The translations under genes and the position numbers were made by a program. The notes beneath the pieces are model-generated. The model was not told the origin of the DNA, searched no databases, and was given only the letters and a program-made list of their open reading frames with translations. A stretch of 64,000 bases of DNA, taken from the IMG/VR virus record IMGVR_UViG_3300037790_000020; one strand, written 5' to 3'. The stretch comes from an uncultured virus (IMG/VR IMGVR_UViG_3300037790_000020). Its lineage: Duplodnaviria > Heunggongvirae > Uroviricota > Caudoviricetes. Numbering within the stretch: the first letter of the stretch is position 1; each line of letters opens with the position of its first letter. Positions 37,265 through 45,131 of this stretch are shown here, in pieces.

Positions 37265-38933
37265 AGATAAATATTATTGGTTGAATGATGATTCACGTCT
37301 TTTTTTGAAGCGTGGTTATCTTGCGGAAAACCAAACCGCAGAAGAAAGAATTAAACAAATTGCTGACCATGCTGAAAAGCTAACAGGTATCCAAGGTTTC
37401 TCCGAGAAATTTGAAGACTATATGAGCCGTGGGTGGTTCTCATTATCCTCTCCTGTATGGGCCAATTATGGTACAGATAGAGGACTGCCCGTGTCTTGTT
37501 TTGGTTCCTATATCGAAGATGATATGGCTTCTATTCTAGCAACCCATGCAGAAGTGGGTATGCTCTCTAAATTCGGTGGTGGTACTAGTGGTTATTTTGG
37601 CTCTATCCGGCCTAGAGGAGCTATGATTGACCAGAAAGGTCAATCTAGTGGTTCTGTCCATTTCATGGAATTATTTGATAAACTTACAAATGTAGTATCT
37701 CAAGGTAGTGTTCGTAGAGGATTCTTTTCAACCTATTTACCTATTGAGCACGAGGATTTTGACGAATTTGTAGGAATTGGTAGTGAAGGCCATTCTATTC
37801 AAAATTTAACTCATGGTGTAACTGTTAGTGATGCTTTCATGGATAAGATGATTGCTGGTGATAGTGAAGCTAGACGTAGATGGGCTAAAGTTATTCAAAT
37901 GCGTTCTGAGGCAGGGTACCCCTATATTTTCTGGAGTGATACAGTTAACAAAAATAAGCCAGAAGTGTTCGAAGATAAAACAATCTGGGCTTCGAACATG
38001 TGTACCGAAATTGCATTACCATCATCTAAAGACGAAACCTTTGTATGCGTTCTGTCTTCTATGAATTTATTACATTACGATGAATGGAAAGATACAGATG
38101 CAGTAGAGACATTAACTATATTTTTAGATTCAGTATGTACAGAGTTTATTAATGTTGCTGAAGAAATGCGAAAAACAAAACCACAAGCTATTGCTATGAT
38201 TGATAGAGCACTTAATTTTTGTAAAAGATATCGTGCTTTAGGTTTAGGTGTATTAGGATTTCATTCCTATTTACAATCTAAAATGATTCCTTTCGAAAGT
38301 CGTGAAGCGGCTAAATGGAATTTGGAAATGATTAAGCTTATCAACGGGAAAGCTCAAGATGCTAGAGAACAAATGTTTAGACAACGTGATACTGGAGAAG
38401 CTTTAAATATGGGAAACTATAATGCCACTCTTCTAGCTATTGCCCCAACTAAATCATCATCATTTATTCTAGGCGGGGTTAGCCAAGGTATTGAGCCAGA
38501 ATGGTCTAACTATTATATTAAAGACCTAGCCAAGACTAAAGTTACACAAGTTAATCCTTATTTAAAACAACTTCTTATTGAAAAAGATAAAGATACTTAT
38601 GAAGTATGGCAATCTATTAAGGAAGCTGATGGTTCGGTACAACATTTGGATTTCTTATCTCAACGAGAAAAAGATACCTTTAAAACCTTTATTGAGATTA
38701 ACCCTGAAACAATTATTGATTATGCAGCTACTAGACAGCCTTATATTGACCAAGCACAGAGTATTAATCTGATGATTGACCCTAATATGCCTACTAGAGA
38801 AATCAATAAATTATATATAAAAGCTTGGCAATCAGGTTTAAAGACGCTATACTACCAGTATAGTCTTAATGCAGCTCAAGCATCTAAAAGAGAAAAATAC
38901 ATGAAGAAAGGATGTGCGGCTTGTGAAGCATAG
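37257..38933 (+). CDS. nrdA: Ribonucleotide reductase class I alpha subunit (short, no ATP cone)
   Basis: [49 protein letters not shown]-terminal CAACEA. Confidence 0.95.
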   Translation: MTKDKYYWLNDDSRLFLKRGYLAENQTAEERIKQIADHAEKLTGIQGFSEKFEDYMSRGWFSLSSPVWANYGTDRGLPVSCFGSYIEDDMASILATHAEVGMLSKFGGGTSGYFGSIRPRGAMIDQKGQSSGSVHFMELFDKLTNVVSQGSVRRGFFSTYLPIEHEDFDEFVGIGSEGHSIQNLTHGVTVSDAFMDKMIAGDSEARRRWAKVIQMRSEAGYPYIFWSDTVNKNKPEVFEDKTIWASNMCTEIALPSSKDETFVCVLSSMNLLHYDEWKDTDAVETLTIFLDSVCTEFINVAEEMRKTKPQAIAMIDRALNFCKRYRALGLGVLGFHSYLQSKMIPFESREAAKWNLEMIKLINGKAQDAREQMFRQRDTGEALNMGNYNATLLAIAPTKSSSFILGGVSQGIEPEWSNYYIKDLAKTKVTQVNPYLKQLLIEKDKDTYEVWQSIKEADGSVQHLDFLSQREKDTFKTFIEINPETIIDYAATRQPYIDQAQSINLMIDPNMPTREINKLYIKAWQSGLKTLYYQYSLNAAQASKREKYMKKGCAACEA

Positions 38934-39041
38934 ACGACACCATAATAACAAAGGATATAGGCAAATAAAACGTGGTAAATGTGCTGACCAATTAAAAGCC
39001 ATTTGTAAACGATTAAAATTACCTTATGGAGAACGAAAGAA

Positions 39042-39263
39042 ATGAATTACAAACAAATTAAAAATTATGAAAAATTAGATACAGAACATAAACGCTTAGT
39101 TGATTATTATATTGAGCTATTACTAATGAATCAAGAACGAGAACAAGAGATACTCAAAGAATTATGTAGTACGAAGGGGCGAACGGAAGAGAAATTCTTG
39201 GAAGAGTATCCCCGTAAAGTTACTATGAAAATCTACGACCCCGAATATCCAGAAGATTATTAA
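39042..39263 (+). CDS. Hypothetical protein
   Basis: GGAG SD upstream. Confidence 0.55.
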   Translation: MNYKQIKNYEKLDTEHKRLVDYYIELLLMNQEREQEILKELCSTKGRTEEKFLEEYPRKVTMKIYDPEYPEDY

Positions 39264-39266
39264 TAC

Positions 39267-39295
39267 TTGACAAATAGGAATATATGAGGTACAAA
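39267..39295 (+). promoter_or_regulatory. Sigma70-like promoter TTGACA-17-TACAAA
   Basis: Perfect -35 with 17-bp spacer; ATG of a 36-codon ORF (39303-39413) lies 7 nt downstream. Confidence 0.45.
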
Positions 39296-39399
39296 GGTAG
39301 TTATGGAAACAAACGAAGAGCACCCTTTTTGGAGTGGAGATTGGCTGGAAGAATTAAAAAAAGTATATCCCGAAGGTAATATTCTAGGAAACCCTGAAA

Positions 39400-40134
39400 A
39401 TGTTGAAAAATAATAAAATTATAGCTCCAATAGCAACTGTGTTTGCTTTAGTAATGGGTATGGTAAGTAGAATGGCTGGAGGAGCTAAACCAAAGCTCCC
39501 CCTAGGTCTAGACCAATGGATTTATGGTATTCCTTACGGAGCAATTACTTGGTTCGCTACAACTTTCGTCGAGTGGCGGGATTGGATTGAATATACAGTC
39601 ATACTACTCGCATATTTAGGCGGAGTCTTTTCCAAGCGCATGGGTCATGGGGATTGGATGAATCTTCCCTACTCAATTAAGAAATTAAAAAAACGAGAGT
39701 GGGGCGACCCTATTCTCTCTCTTTTCTTCGGGAGAGACCCACGACATTTAACTAAGAGTAATGCTACAGCTTTAGCAGATATTAAAACTTATGGAGAGAA
39801 GAAACTATATTATAGGAACCTAGCAGGTTTAGCTATGTCAGGAATCTTCCCCGCTTTAATTGCGGCTATTCCTTTAACTGTAGCGGGATTCTGGATTGGT
39901 GGATTAGCTATGATTGTAGGTGGTGCTATGAAAGTAGTATCTTATGCTGTACCTTGGAAGATTGCCCCTTCCGGTAGATTTCCTTGGTGGGTTAATCATA
40001 ACTCCCCTAACTATGAATATAAATTCTTTAGAGATGAGTTCTCTGAAGCAACACAATTCGGTGAATACTTCACTGGATTCTTCGGTGCTATTGGCATCAT
40101 TATAGCTTATATGGATATCGTAGGAGTTGTATAA
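39400..40134 (+). CDS. Multi-pass membrane protein
   Basis: Five to six hydrophobic segments. Confidence 0.75.
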   Translation: MLKNNKIIAPIATVFALVMGMVSRMAGGAKPKLPLGLDQWIYGIPYGAITWFATTFVEWRDWIEYTVILLAYLGGVFSKRMGHGDWMNLPYSIKKLKKREWGDPILSLFFGRDPRHLTKSNATALADIKTYGEKKLYYRNLAGLAMSGIFPALIAAIPLTVAGFWIGGLAMIVGGAMKVVSYAVPWKIAPSGRFPWWVNHNSPNYEYKFFRDEFSEATQFGEYFTGFFGAIGIIIAYMDIVGVV

Positions 40135-40313
40135 TGGAAAAACAACAATTACCTAAAGCATTACCTGAGCAATTACGAGCTATAGCCGATAAACTTGGGG
40201 TCAGTTTCACAACAGTATCTAAAGTGTATGAAGCTAAAACTAAGAATTGGCGTAATTGTGAAGTTAGAGGATTTAGAGTCCGAGATGCTCTTAGAAATGA
40301 ATTAACTAAATAA
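40134..40313 (+). CDS. Small helix-turn-helix DNA-binding protein (59 aa)
   Basis: Below the track cutoff; LRAIADKLGVSFTTVSKVY is a canonical HTH; AGGAG SD. Confidence 0.75.
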   Translation: MEKQQLPKALPEQLRAIADKLGVSFTTVSKVYEAKTKNWRNCEVRGFRVRDALRNELTK

Positions 40314-40511
40314 AAAGGTTAGAGAGGAACAACCATTGCCTGCTAATAAACCCCGTAAAGCTAAAAAAGGAGAAATTCTCAGCGACCAAATAGGGGAGAA
40401 TTATTTTAACTATTCTGTCCTTACATATAAAATTAATAATTTAATGAAATTAATCGCTGGCGGTTTTTTAGTTATCTGTACACTCCTAGGATTTATAATT
40501 GGAACACTATT

Positions 40512-41066
40512 ATGAGTAATAAATTGAAACCCTGTATTATTTTTGATTTAGATGATACATTATTTTATACACCCAAACTAAACTGGAAACAGCCAGAAAA
40601 GGGCTGGGAAAAAACTATTCGAGAAGCAAAGCCTATAATCCCAAATGTCTTCTTATATCATGCTGTTGATTATATGGTTAATGACCCCCCTGAAGGTTTT
40701 GAGAACGACCCTAATTGGCCTAAAGAAATATTTTTCTGTACAGCTAGACCTGAATTTTTTAGAGAGCCAACTATCCAAGCTCTATGTGAATTAACACAGG
40801 ATGTAGGTTCCTCTATCAATAAAAGATTAATCATGCGGCCATTTACAAACCACGAGGATTTATCCCACGAGGTTATTAATACACCTAAAGAAGCTAAAGC
40901 ATGGTTATTAGAGCAAGTAAAGAAAAAAGGTTATAGACCTATATTGGCTTTTGATGATTCTAGCCAAGCAGTATCCGCCTATTTAGAAGGTGGAGTAGAA
41001 GTTGTTCACCATACTATTGCTTCTGCTAAGGATATTAAGAAAGCCCTTAAAAGGTATGCCGTATAA
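40512..41066 (+). CDS. HAD-family phosphatase (T4 PNKP 3'-phosphatase-like)
   Basis: IIFDLDDTL, FCTARPE, LIMRP, K, AFDDS. Confidence 0.85.
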   Translation: MSNKLKPCIIFDLDDTLFYTPKLNWKQPEKGWEKTIREAKPIIPNVFLYHAVDYMVNDPPEGFENDPNWPKEIFFCTARPEFFREPTIQALCELTQDVGSSINKRLIMRPFTNHEDLSHEVINTPKEAKAWLLEQVKKKGYRPILAFDDSSQAVSAYLEGGVEVVHHTIASAKDIKKALKRYAV

Positions 41067-41454
41067 AGACCCTGAAAAGTTAAAAGAATATAAAAGACAG
41101 CACTACATAAAAAATAAAGATAAATATCGAGAAGCTAGTATTCGTAGTAAAAAGAATACTAAACCAAAAAAACGTGAGTTCGTTTCAAGATATAAATTAA
41201 AATGTGGTTGTAGGCTGTGTGGGTATAATGATTCAGCTACAGCATTAGAGTTTCATCATATCGACCCTAGTGAAAAAGATTCAGCCATTTCAAGATTGAT
41301 TTCTGGTAATTGGGGATTAAAAACAATTAAAAAGGAAATAAGAAAGTGTGTGGTGTTATGTGCTAATTGCCATAGAACAGTACACAAAGAAATAGAAAGA
41401 GGAGTTAAACATGACTGGTTTTTGGATACCAATAATAATAGTGACAATGCTTAG
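41056..41454 (+). CDS. HNH endonuclease
   Basis: CRLCGY...LEFHHIDP...KCVVLCANCHRTVH; ATG 41056. Confidence 0.88.
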   Translation: MPYKDPEKLKEYKRQHYIKNKDKYREASIRSKKNTKPKKREFVSRYKLKCGCRLCGYNDSATALEFHHIDPSEKDSAISRLISGNWGLKTIKKEIRKCVVLCANCHRTVHKEIERGVKHDWFLDTNNNSDNA

Positions 41455-41620
41455 TGGAAAACCTATGCTGTTGCATGATACACATAGGCTATTTGAAAGA
41501 GAAAATGATTGTTTATTATATAATGAAATTGCCTTAAGTAGACTGCCCGAGGACTTAGAAAATAAGATTGCAGGTGTGCAATACACTTGTATCTTTATTC
41601 CTGATAGTAGAGGTATTTAA
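41411..41620 (+). CDS. Small exported or membrane protein
   Basis: GAGGAG SD, hydrophobic N terminus, two Cys. Confidence 0.5.
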   Translation: MTGFWIPIIIVTMLSGKPMLLHDTHRLFERENDCLLYNEIALSRLPEDLENKIAGVQYTCIFIPDSRGI

Positions 41621-41757
41621 TGATTAAGAAATTGGAGAGTTCTTAATGATAGGGATATCTTGGGGCTGTACAGAGAGCTTGATGCCTTCCAGTATTACTT
41701 CTATTAATACAGATAATATAAAACCCAGAGCAATGATTAAAGTATTTAACCACGAAC

Positions 41758-41994
41758 CTACTTTCTTTTATCAGGATTTAAAGCATCTATTTTCGCATAA
41801 CAAGCTTTAAGGTCTGAATCATATTCAAAAATTTTATTACGGGCTTGTCTATTAGTTGTAATATTACTTACATCAGGCAGAGGCTTAGTTTCGTAAAACT
41901 CTTTATCGAATTTTCTATCGGGTGCGGTGCAACTGCTCAAAACCCCTAGCGATACAAGAAGGCACAGCGTCATTACAAGTGGGATTGTTTTCAT
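41758..41994 (-). CDS. Outer-membrane spanin (o-spanin, lipoprotein)
   Basis: Signal peptide with lipobox LSSC; overlaps the i-spanin 3' end in another frame. Confidence 0.8.
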   Translation of the reverse strand: MKTIPLVMTLCLLVSLGVLSSCTAPDRKFDKEFYETKPLPDVSNITTNRQARNKIFEYDSDLKACYAKIDALNPDKRK

Positions 41995-42214
41995 TATCTA
42001 ATTCCTCTATTAAATTATTTCGTTCCTCTGTTATTTTATCAACATTATTTTTATATTGAATTAAGGCTGTGTTACTCGCTTCTAATTGAGCTCTAAGTTT
42101 TTTTAATTCAGCATTTTCAACTAGAGTTGCTTTAGCAAACCAACCCGCAAAGAATATAAGTAAAACTCCCCCCACTCGAAAAAGCAGGGGGAGAAGTTTA
42201 ATAAAAACGGGCAT
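41915..42214 (-). CDS. Inner-membrane spanin (i-spanin)
   Basis: N-terminal TM segment, coiled coil, C-terminal cysteines. Confidence 0.8.
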   Translation of the reverse strand: MPVFIKLLPLLFRVGGVLLIFFAGWFAKATLVENAELKKLRAQLEASNTALIQYKNNVDKITEERNNLIEELDNENNPTCNDAVPSCIARGFEQLHRTR

Positions 42215-42216
42215 TA

Positions 42217-42447
42217 TTAAACTGCCTCGTTCTCAGCTTTAACTGCGGTAGCATTCTTATTCTTAAATACGTTAAGAGCTAAGAAGTTAAGTACAGTTAG
42301 AACCGGCTTGACATATTTATTTACTTTACTTTCATCTACAAAAATAGTAACAAAATTTGCAACAGCAACAACCATAGCAATAAGAGAAGCTACAATTACG
42401 CTGCCATTATCAAACAATGCTGTTAAATCAATACCAAAAAGTTCCAT
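42217..42447 (-). CDS. Holin
   Basis: 76 aa, hydrophobic segments, LNFLALNVFKNKN; between endolysin and spanins. Confidence 0.7.
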   Translation of the reverse strand: MELFGIDLTALFDNGSVIVASLIAMVVAVANFVTIFVDESKVNKYVKPVLTVLNFLALNVFKNKNATAVKAENEAV

Positions 42448-42468
42448 GATTAGTTCCTTTTCTTTTCC

Positions 42469-43101
42469 TTATTTGAGAGTCTCTATGACCTCAATAAAAT
42501 CATTCACACGTACTGGAGTTTGTCTATACCATAAACTCCTACGTAAGTTATGAATAGCGTTATTATACCGTTTATTTTTTAAATGTGCATATGTTCTACT
42601 AAATGTTTGAGTCCATCCAGTTCCTAATTGGTAATTAACTGAAGCTAATATAACGATTAATTTTCTATTACTTGGATGCCCTAATTCTTTTGCTTGTCTA
42701 TACGCAGCTTCTAAAGCCCATTTAGAATCCTCTTTAAACCATTTTTCTACCCGGCTTAACGGAACTAAATCCCCCACTTTGAGCTTATCTTCAGGTCTTA
42801 TTAAATGTCCCCAACCTGCGGTAGGCTTACCCAGAGAGTCTTTATATACTTTATGTTTACCGGTAGTCTTATCAATTACCTCACCTTCACGGAGCTTTAT
42901 ATGCTCTTTAAAATCAGCATAAACGAGTTCTTCAAGGCTTTTTTGGAGATTTTTTAGGCTTATTGGGTGGCTTTCTATTTGGGATACGGTTGTCGTTGCT
43001 GGCTGGGAAGTGGACTTGCGACTCAAAAATGTTTTGTCCATATTCGAGAATTTCCCAATAATCCATGTCCAAATGCCTTCCAATGTTTGTGAGATATTCA
43101 T
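42469..43101 (-). CDS. Endolysin (T4 lysozyme-like, GH24) with N-terminal extension
   Basis: HIKLREG...YKDSLGKPTAGWGHL (E-D-T triad), YQLG, SLWYRQTPVRV. Confidence 0.9.
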   Translation of the reverse strand: MNISQTLEGIWTWIIGKFSNMDKTFLSRKSTSQPATTTVSQIESHPISLKNLQKSLEELVYADFKEHIKLREGEVIDKTTGKHKVYKDSLGKPTAGWGHLIRPEDKLKVGDLVPLSRVEKWFKEDSKWALEAAYRQAKELGHPSNRKLIVILASVNYQLGTGWTQTFSRTYAHLKNKRYNNAIHNLRRSLWYRQTPVRVNDFIEVIETLK

Positions 43102-43124
43102 AATTTCTGTTCCCGTAAATGGAC

Positions 43125-43319
43125 CTAAATGCTAACTCTAAAGGGTGAGCAAGGTTTATAATATTCTTGTCGTCGAAGTCTGAGGGTATGTCCAAGATTA
43201 ATCATCCTTAAAGCCTTTATTAATTTTTTCACGTTTTTTATTTTTAATAACTTGTGGTTTAAACTGTCCACTATGAAAAAGGGTGTGCTTAATGGTTCGA
43301 TTACGAACTTTATGTTCAA
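43125..43319 (-). CDS. Hypothetical protein
   Basis: Fills the gap in the late operon. Confidence 0.4.
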   Translation of the reverse strand: MNIKFVIEPLSTPFFIVDSLNHKLLKIKNVKKLIKALRMINLGHTLRLRRQEYYKPCSPFRVSI

Positions 43320-43327
43320 TCGATACT

Positions 43328-43504
43328 TTATCTTTTCTTCCTCTTCGCTTTGACTTTGCCACCTTTTTTGTATCCTTTAGTTTCTTTCATTTTTTTAGCT
43401 GCTTCAGCTTCCATCTTAGCTACACGATTACCGCGTTTAATAGCCTCTCCTTCTTTAGGAGTTACTGGTTTTTTCTTTGGTTTTGGTGTTTTCTTACTTG
43501 GCAT
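43328..43504 (-). CDS. Small basic protein (58 aa) with GYKKGGKV motif
   Basis: Hand translation MPSKKTPKPKKKPVTPKEGEAIKRGNRVAKMEAEAAKKMKETKGYKKGGKVKAKRKKR; TAATG overlap. Confidence 0.7.
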   Translation of the reverse strand: MPSKKTPKPKKKPVTPKEGEAIKRGNRVAKMEAEAAKKMKETKGYKKGGKVKAKRKKR

Positions 43505-43713
43505 TATCTCTTACTCTTCTTTCCTTTACAACCCCATGCTTTCCTACGCACCTTTACTTTTTCTGTTTTCTTTTGTCCAGAACTTCGGGCACAATAAGCA
43601 TCTCCTCTTTTAGTACCCGGATGGGCGATTCTTTTATGTTTTCTCCCTTTCGAATCGGTATATGTAGTACCGTTCGCGTATTTCTTTGATGCTGGCTTCT
43701 TTTTACTCGGCAT
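43504..43713 (-). CDS. Small basic protein
   Basis: PGTKRGDAYCARS...WGC pattern seen in phage late basic proteins. Confidence 0.7.
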   Translation of the reverse strand: MPSKKKPASKKYANGTTYTDSKGRKHKRIAHPGTKRGDAYCARSSGQKKTEKVKVRRKAWGCKGKKSKR

Positions 43714-43715
43714 TA

Positions 43716-44084
43716 TTAAGCCGCATAAAATAACATATCTGTTGCTACAGTATATGCGCCCGTATTAGCATCTCTTGTAATAGTTGGAGTACGATATTTA
43801 AAAGAATCAGGGGTTGTTGCAGCTGCTTCAGCTTCTTCAATCTCACGTCCTAGAGCTATTAGAGCTTCAACTAAAACATCAAAAATATCTGTACTACCTG
43901 TATAGCTGAAATGAACGGTATTTGTATCTTCGTCAATATCAGTACCTACTTCTTCACCATCATCTAATGCAGCTGTCACAGTATATTCTGTATCTATAAC
44001 TGTGTCAACCCAAGAAGTTGACGTAAAGATTCCTGCAATTTTCTCGTTAATATAACCTATTAAATCATTTTGTGGATTAGCCAT
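43716..44084 (-). CDS. Acidic hypothetical protein, possibly virion
   Basis: TAATG overlap; 122 aa. Confidence 0.65.
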   Translation of the reverse strand: MANPQNDLIGYINEKIAGIFTSTSWVDTVIDTEYTVTAALDDGEEVGTDIDEDTNTVHFSYTGSTDIFDVLVEALIALGREIEEAEAAATTPDSFKYRTPTITRDANTGAYTVATDMLFYAA

Positions 44085-44359
44085 TATTTTTTCTTCCTTT
44101 TACTTCCCTTTTTACGGCCCGGTGCTGTTAACCCATGACCCCTATTTTTAGTTTTACTCTGTGTTTTAGTATTACCTTTTCTATTATTTCTTGGGTTATT
44201 ATCAAGATGAGCTATATCTTTACCATCCCCCTTTTTAGCCCGGCCTGACTTTATAGCTTGGGCTCTAGCCTTATTACGAGAAGCCCGGTCTTTCTTAGAC
44301 TTTGTAGAAGACTGAAATTTTTTATATTCTTTTTTATAGTTTCTAGGTTTTTTTGCCAT
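44084..44359 (-). CDS. Basic HNH-like protein
   Basis: RNYKKEY...RASRNKAR...GDGKDIAH...N...S...NR. Confidence 0.65.
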   Translation of the reverse strand: MAKKPRNYKKEYKKFQSSTKSKKDRASRNKARAQAIKSGRAKKGDGKDIAHLDNNPRNNRKGNTKTQSKTKNRGHGLTAPGRKKGSKRKKK

Positions 44360-44365
44360 GCGTCT

Positions 44366-44374
44366 ATTATATCA
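44366..44374 (-). promoter_or_regulatory. Extended -10 element TGaTATAAT 6 nt before ATG 44359
   Basis: Minus strand reads TGTGATATAAT-AGACGC-ATG. Confidence 0.6.
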
Positions 44375-44391
44375 CAATTAATTTATAATTA

Positions 44392-44631
44392 CTAACCTAT
44401 TGTTTTAGAAAGAAAATCAAAAACAGCAGAGCCGCCTACACCACCACCTATAGAACCAGATAAAATTATTAATCTATTTATCCATTTTTGGTTAATGTTC
44501 TGTTCTTCGAGTTTCCGAATACTCTCTTCTAAAAGTTTATATCGAGCATCAGACTTATCAAATTCCGCTTTATATTCTTTTAGCACTTGTAATATGTGAT
44601 ATCTAAGTTCATCCCAGCTAGGTTGCGACAT
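44392..44631 (-). CDS. Coiled-coil protein with C-terminal membrane anchor (holin/antiholin-like)
   Basis: Heptad N-terminal region then LIILSGSIGGGVGGSAVF. Confidence 0.55.
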   Translation of the reverse strand: MSQPSWDELRYHILQVLKEYKAEFDKSDARYKLLEESIRKLEEQNINQKWINRLIILSGSIGGGVGGSAVFDFLSKTIG

Positions 44632-44644
44632 ATTCTACCCCCTT

Positions 44645-45130
44645 TTAATCAGGCATAGGAAAGACAGCGATAATGATGCCTCCTACTGCTACAATATCCG
44701 GCCCGTCATAAATAGGAAACTTAGCTAAAATACAATGGTTTGCTATTTTATCTGGATTATGTCTATTTGGCACAAGTTCTACAGTATACTCAACTGTACC
44801 ACCTGCTATAACTTTATCATCGTTCTTCTTAAATAACTCTGCAACTTTTTCGCCCCAAACATCCACATCTTTTTTACCGACATATTCGTCTACTTTAACT
44901 TCATATAGAGCTTGATAGGCGGGGCTGATAAACATCATCGTCCCGTCAATAGCTTTAATCCAACATGGAAAAGGTAGATTCTCGACAAAACATACCATGA
45001 AATCTCTTGAGTTAACTCTAGCTTCCGCAATGAAATCAAGTTGACCTGATATATTTTCTAACTGCTGTAAACTATAATTTAGATTTACTCTTGAATGTGT
45101 TAAATCCGGTTTCATATTTACACTTAACAT
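44645..45130 (-). CDS. Stand-alone PAS-domain protein
   Basis: FVENLPFPCWIKAIDGTMMFISPAY...EYVGKKDVDVW..KVAELFKKNDDKVI...KFPIYDG.DIVAVGGI follows the PAS_4 pattern. Confidence 0.88.
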   Translation of the reverse strand: MLSVNMKPDLTHSRVNLNYSLQQLENISGQLDFIAEARVNSRDFMVCFVENLPFPCWIKAIDGTMMFISPAYQALYEVKVDEYVGKKDVDVWGEKVAELFKKNDDKVIAGGTVEYTVELVPNRHNPDKIANHCILAKFPIYDGPDIVAVGGIIIAVFPMPD

Positions 45131-45131
45131 A

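Noticed and set aside
30459..38933. Inteins or introns in polA, nrdA or nrdB
   Set aside because: Reading frames are continuous, and the polA insertions are short and lack intein terminal residues.
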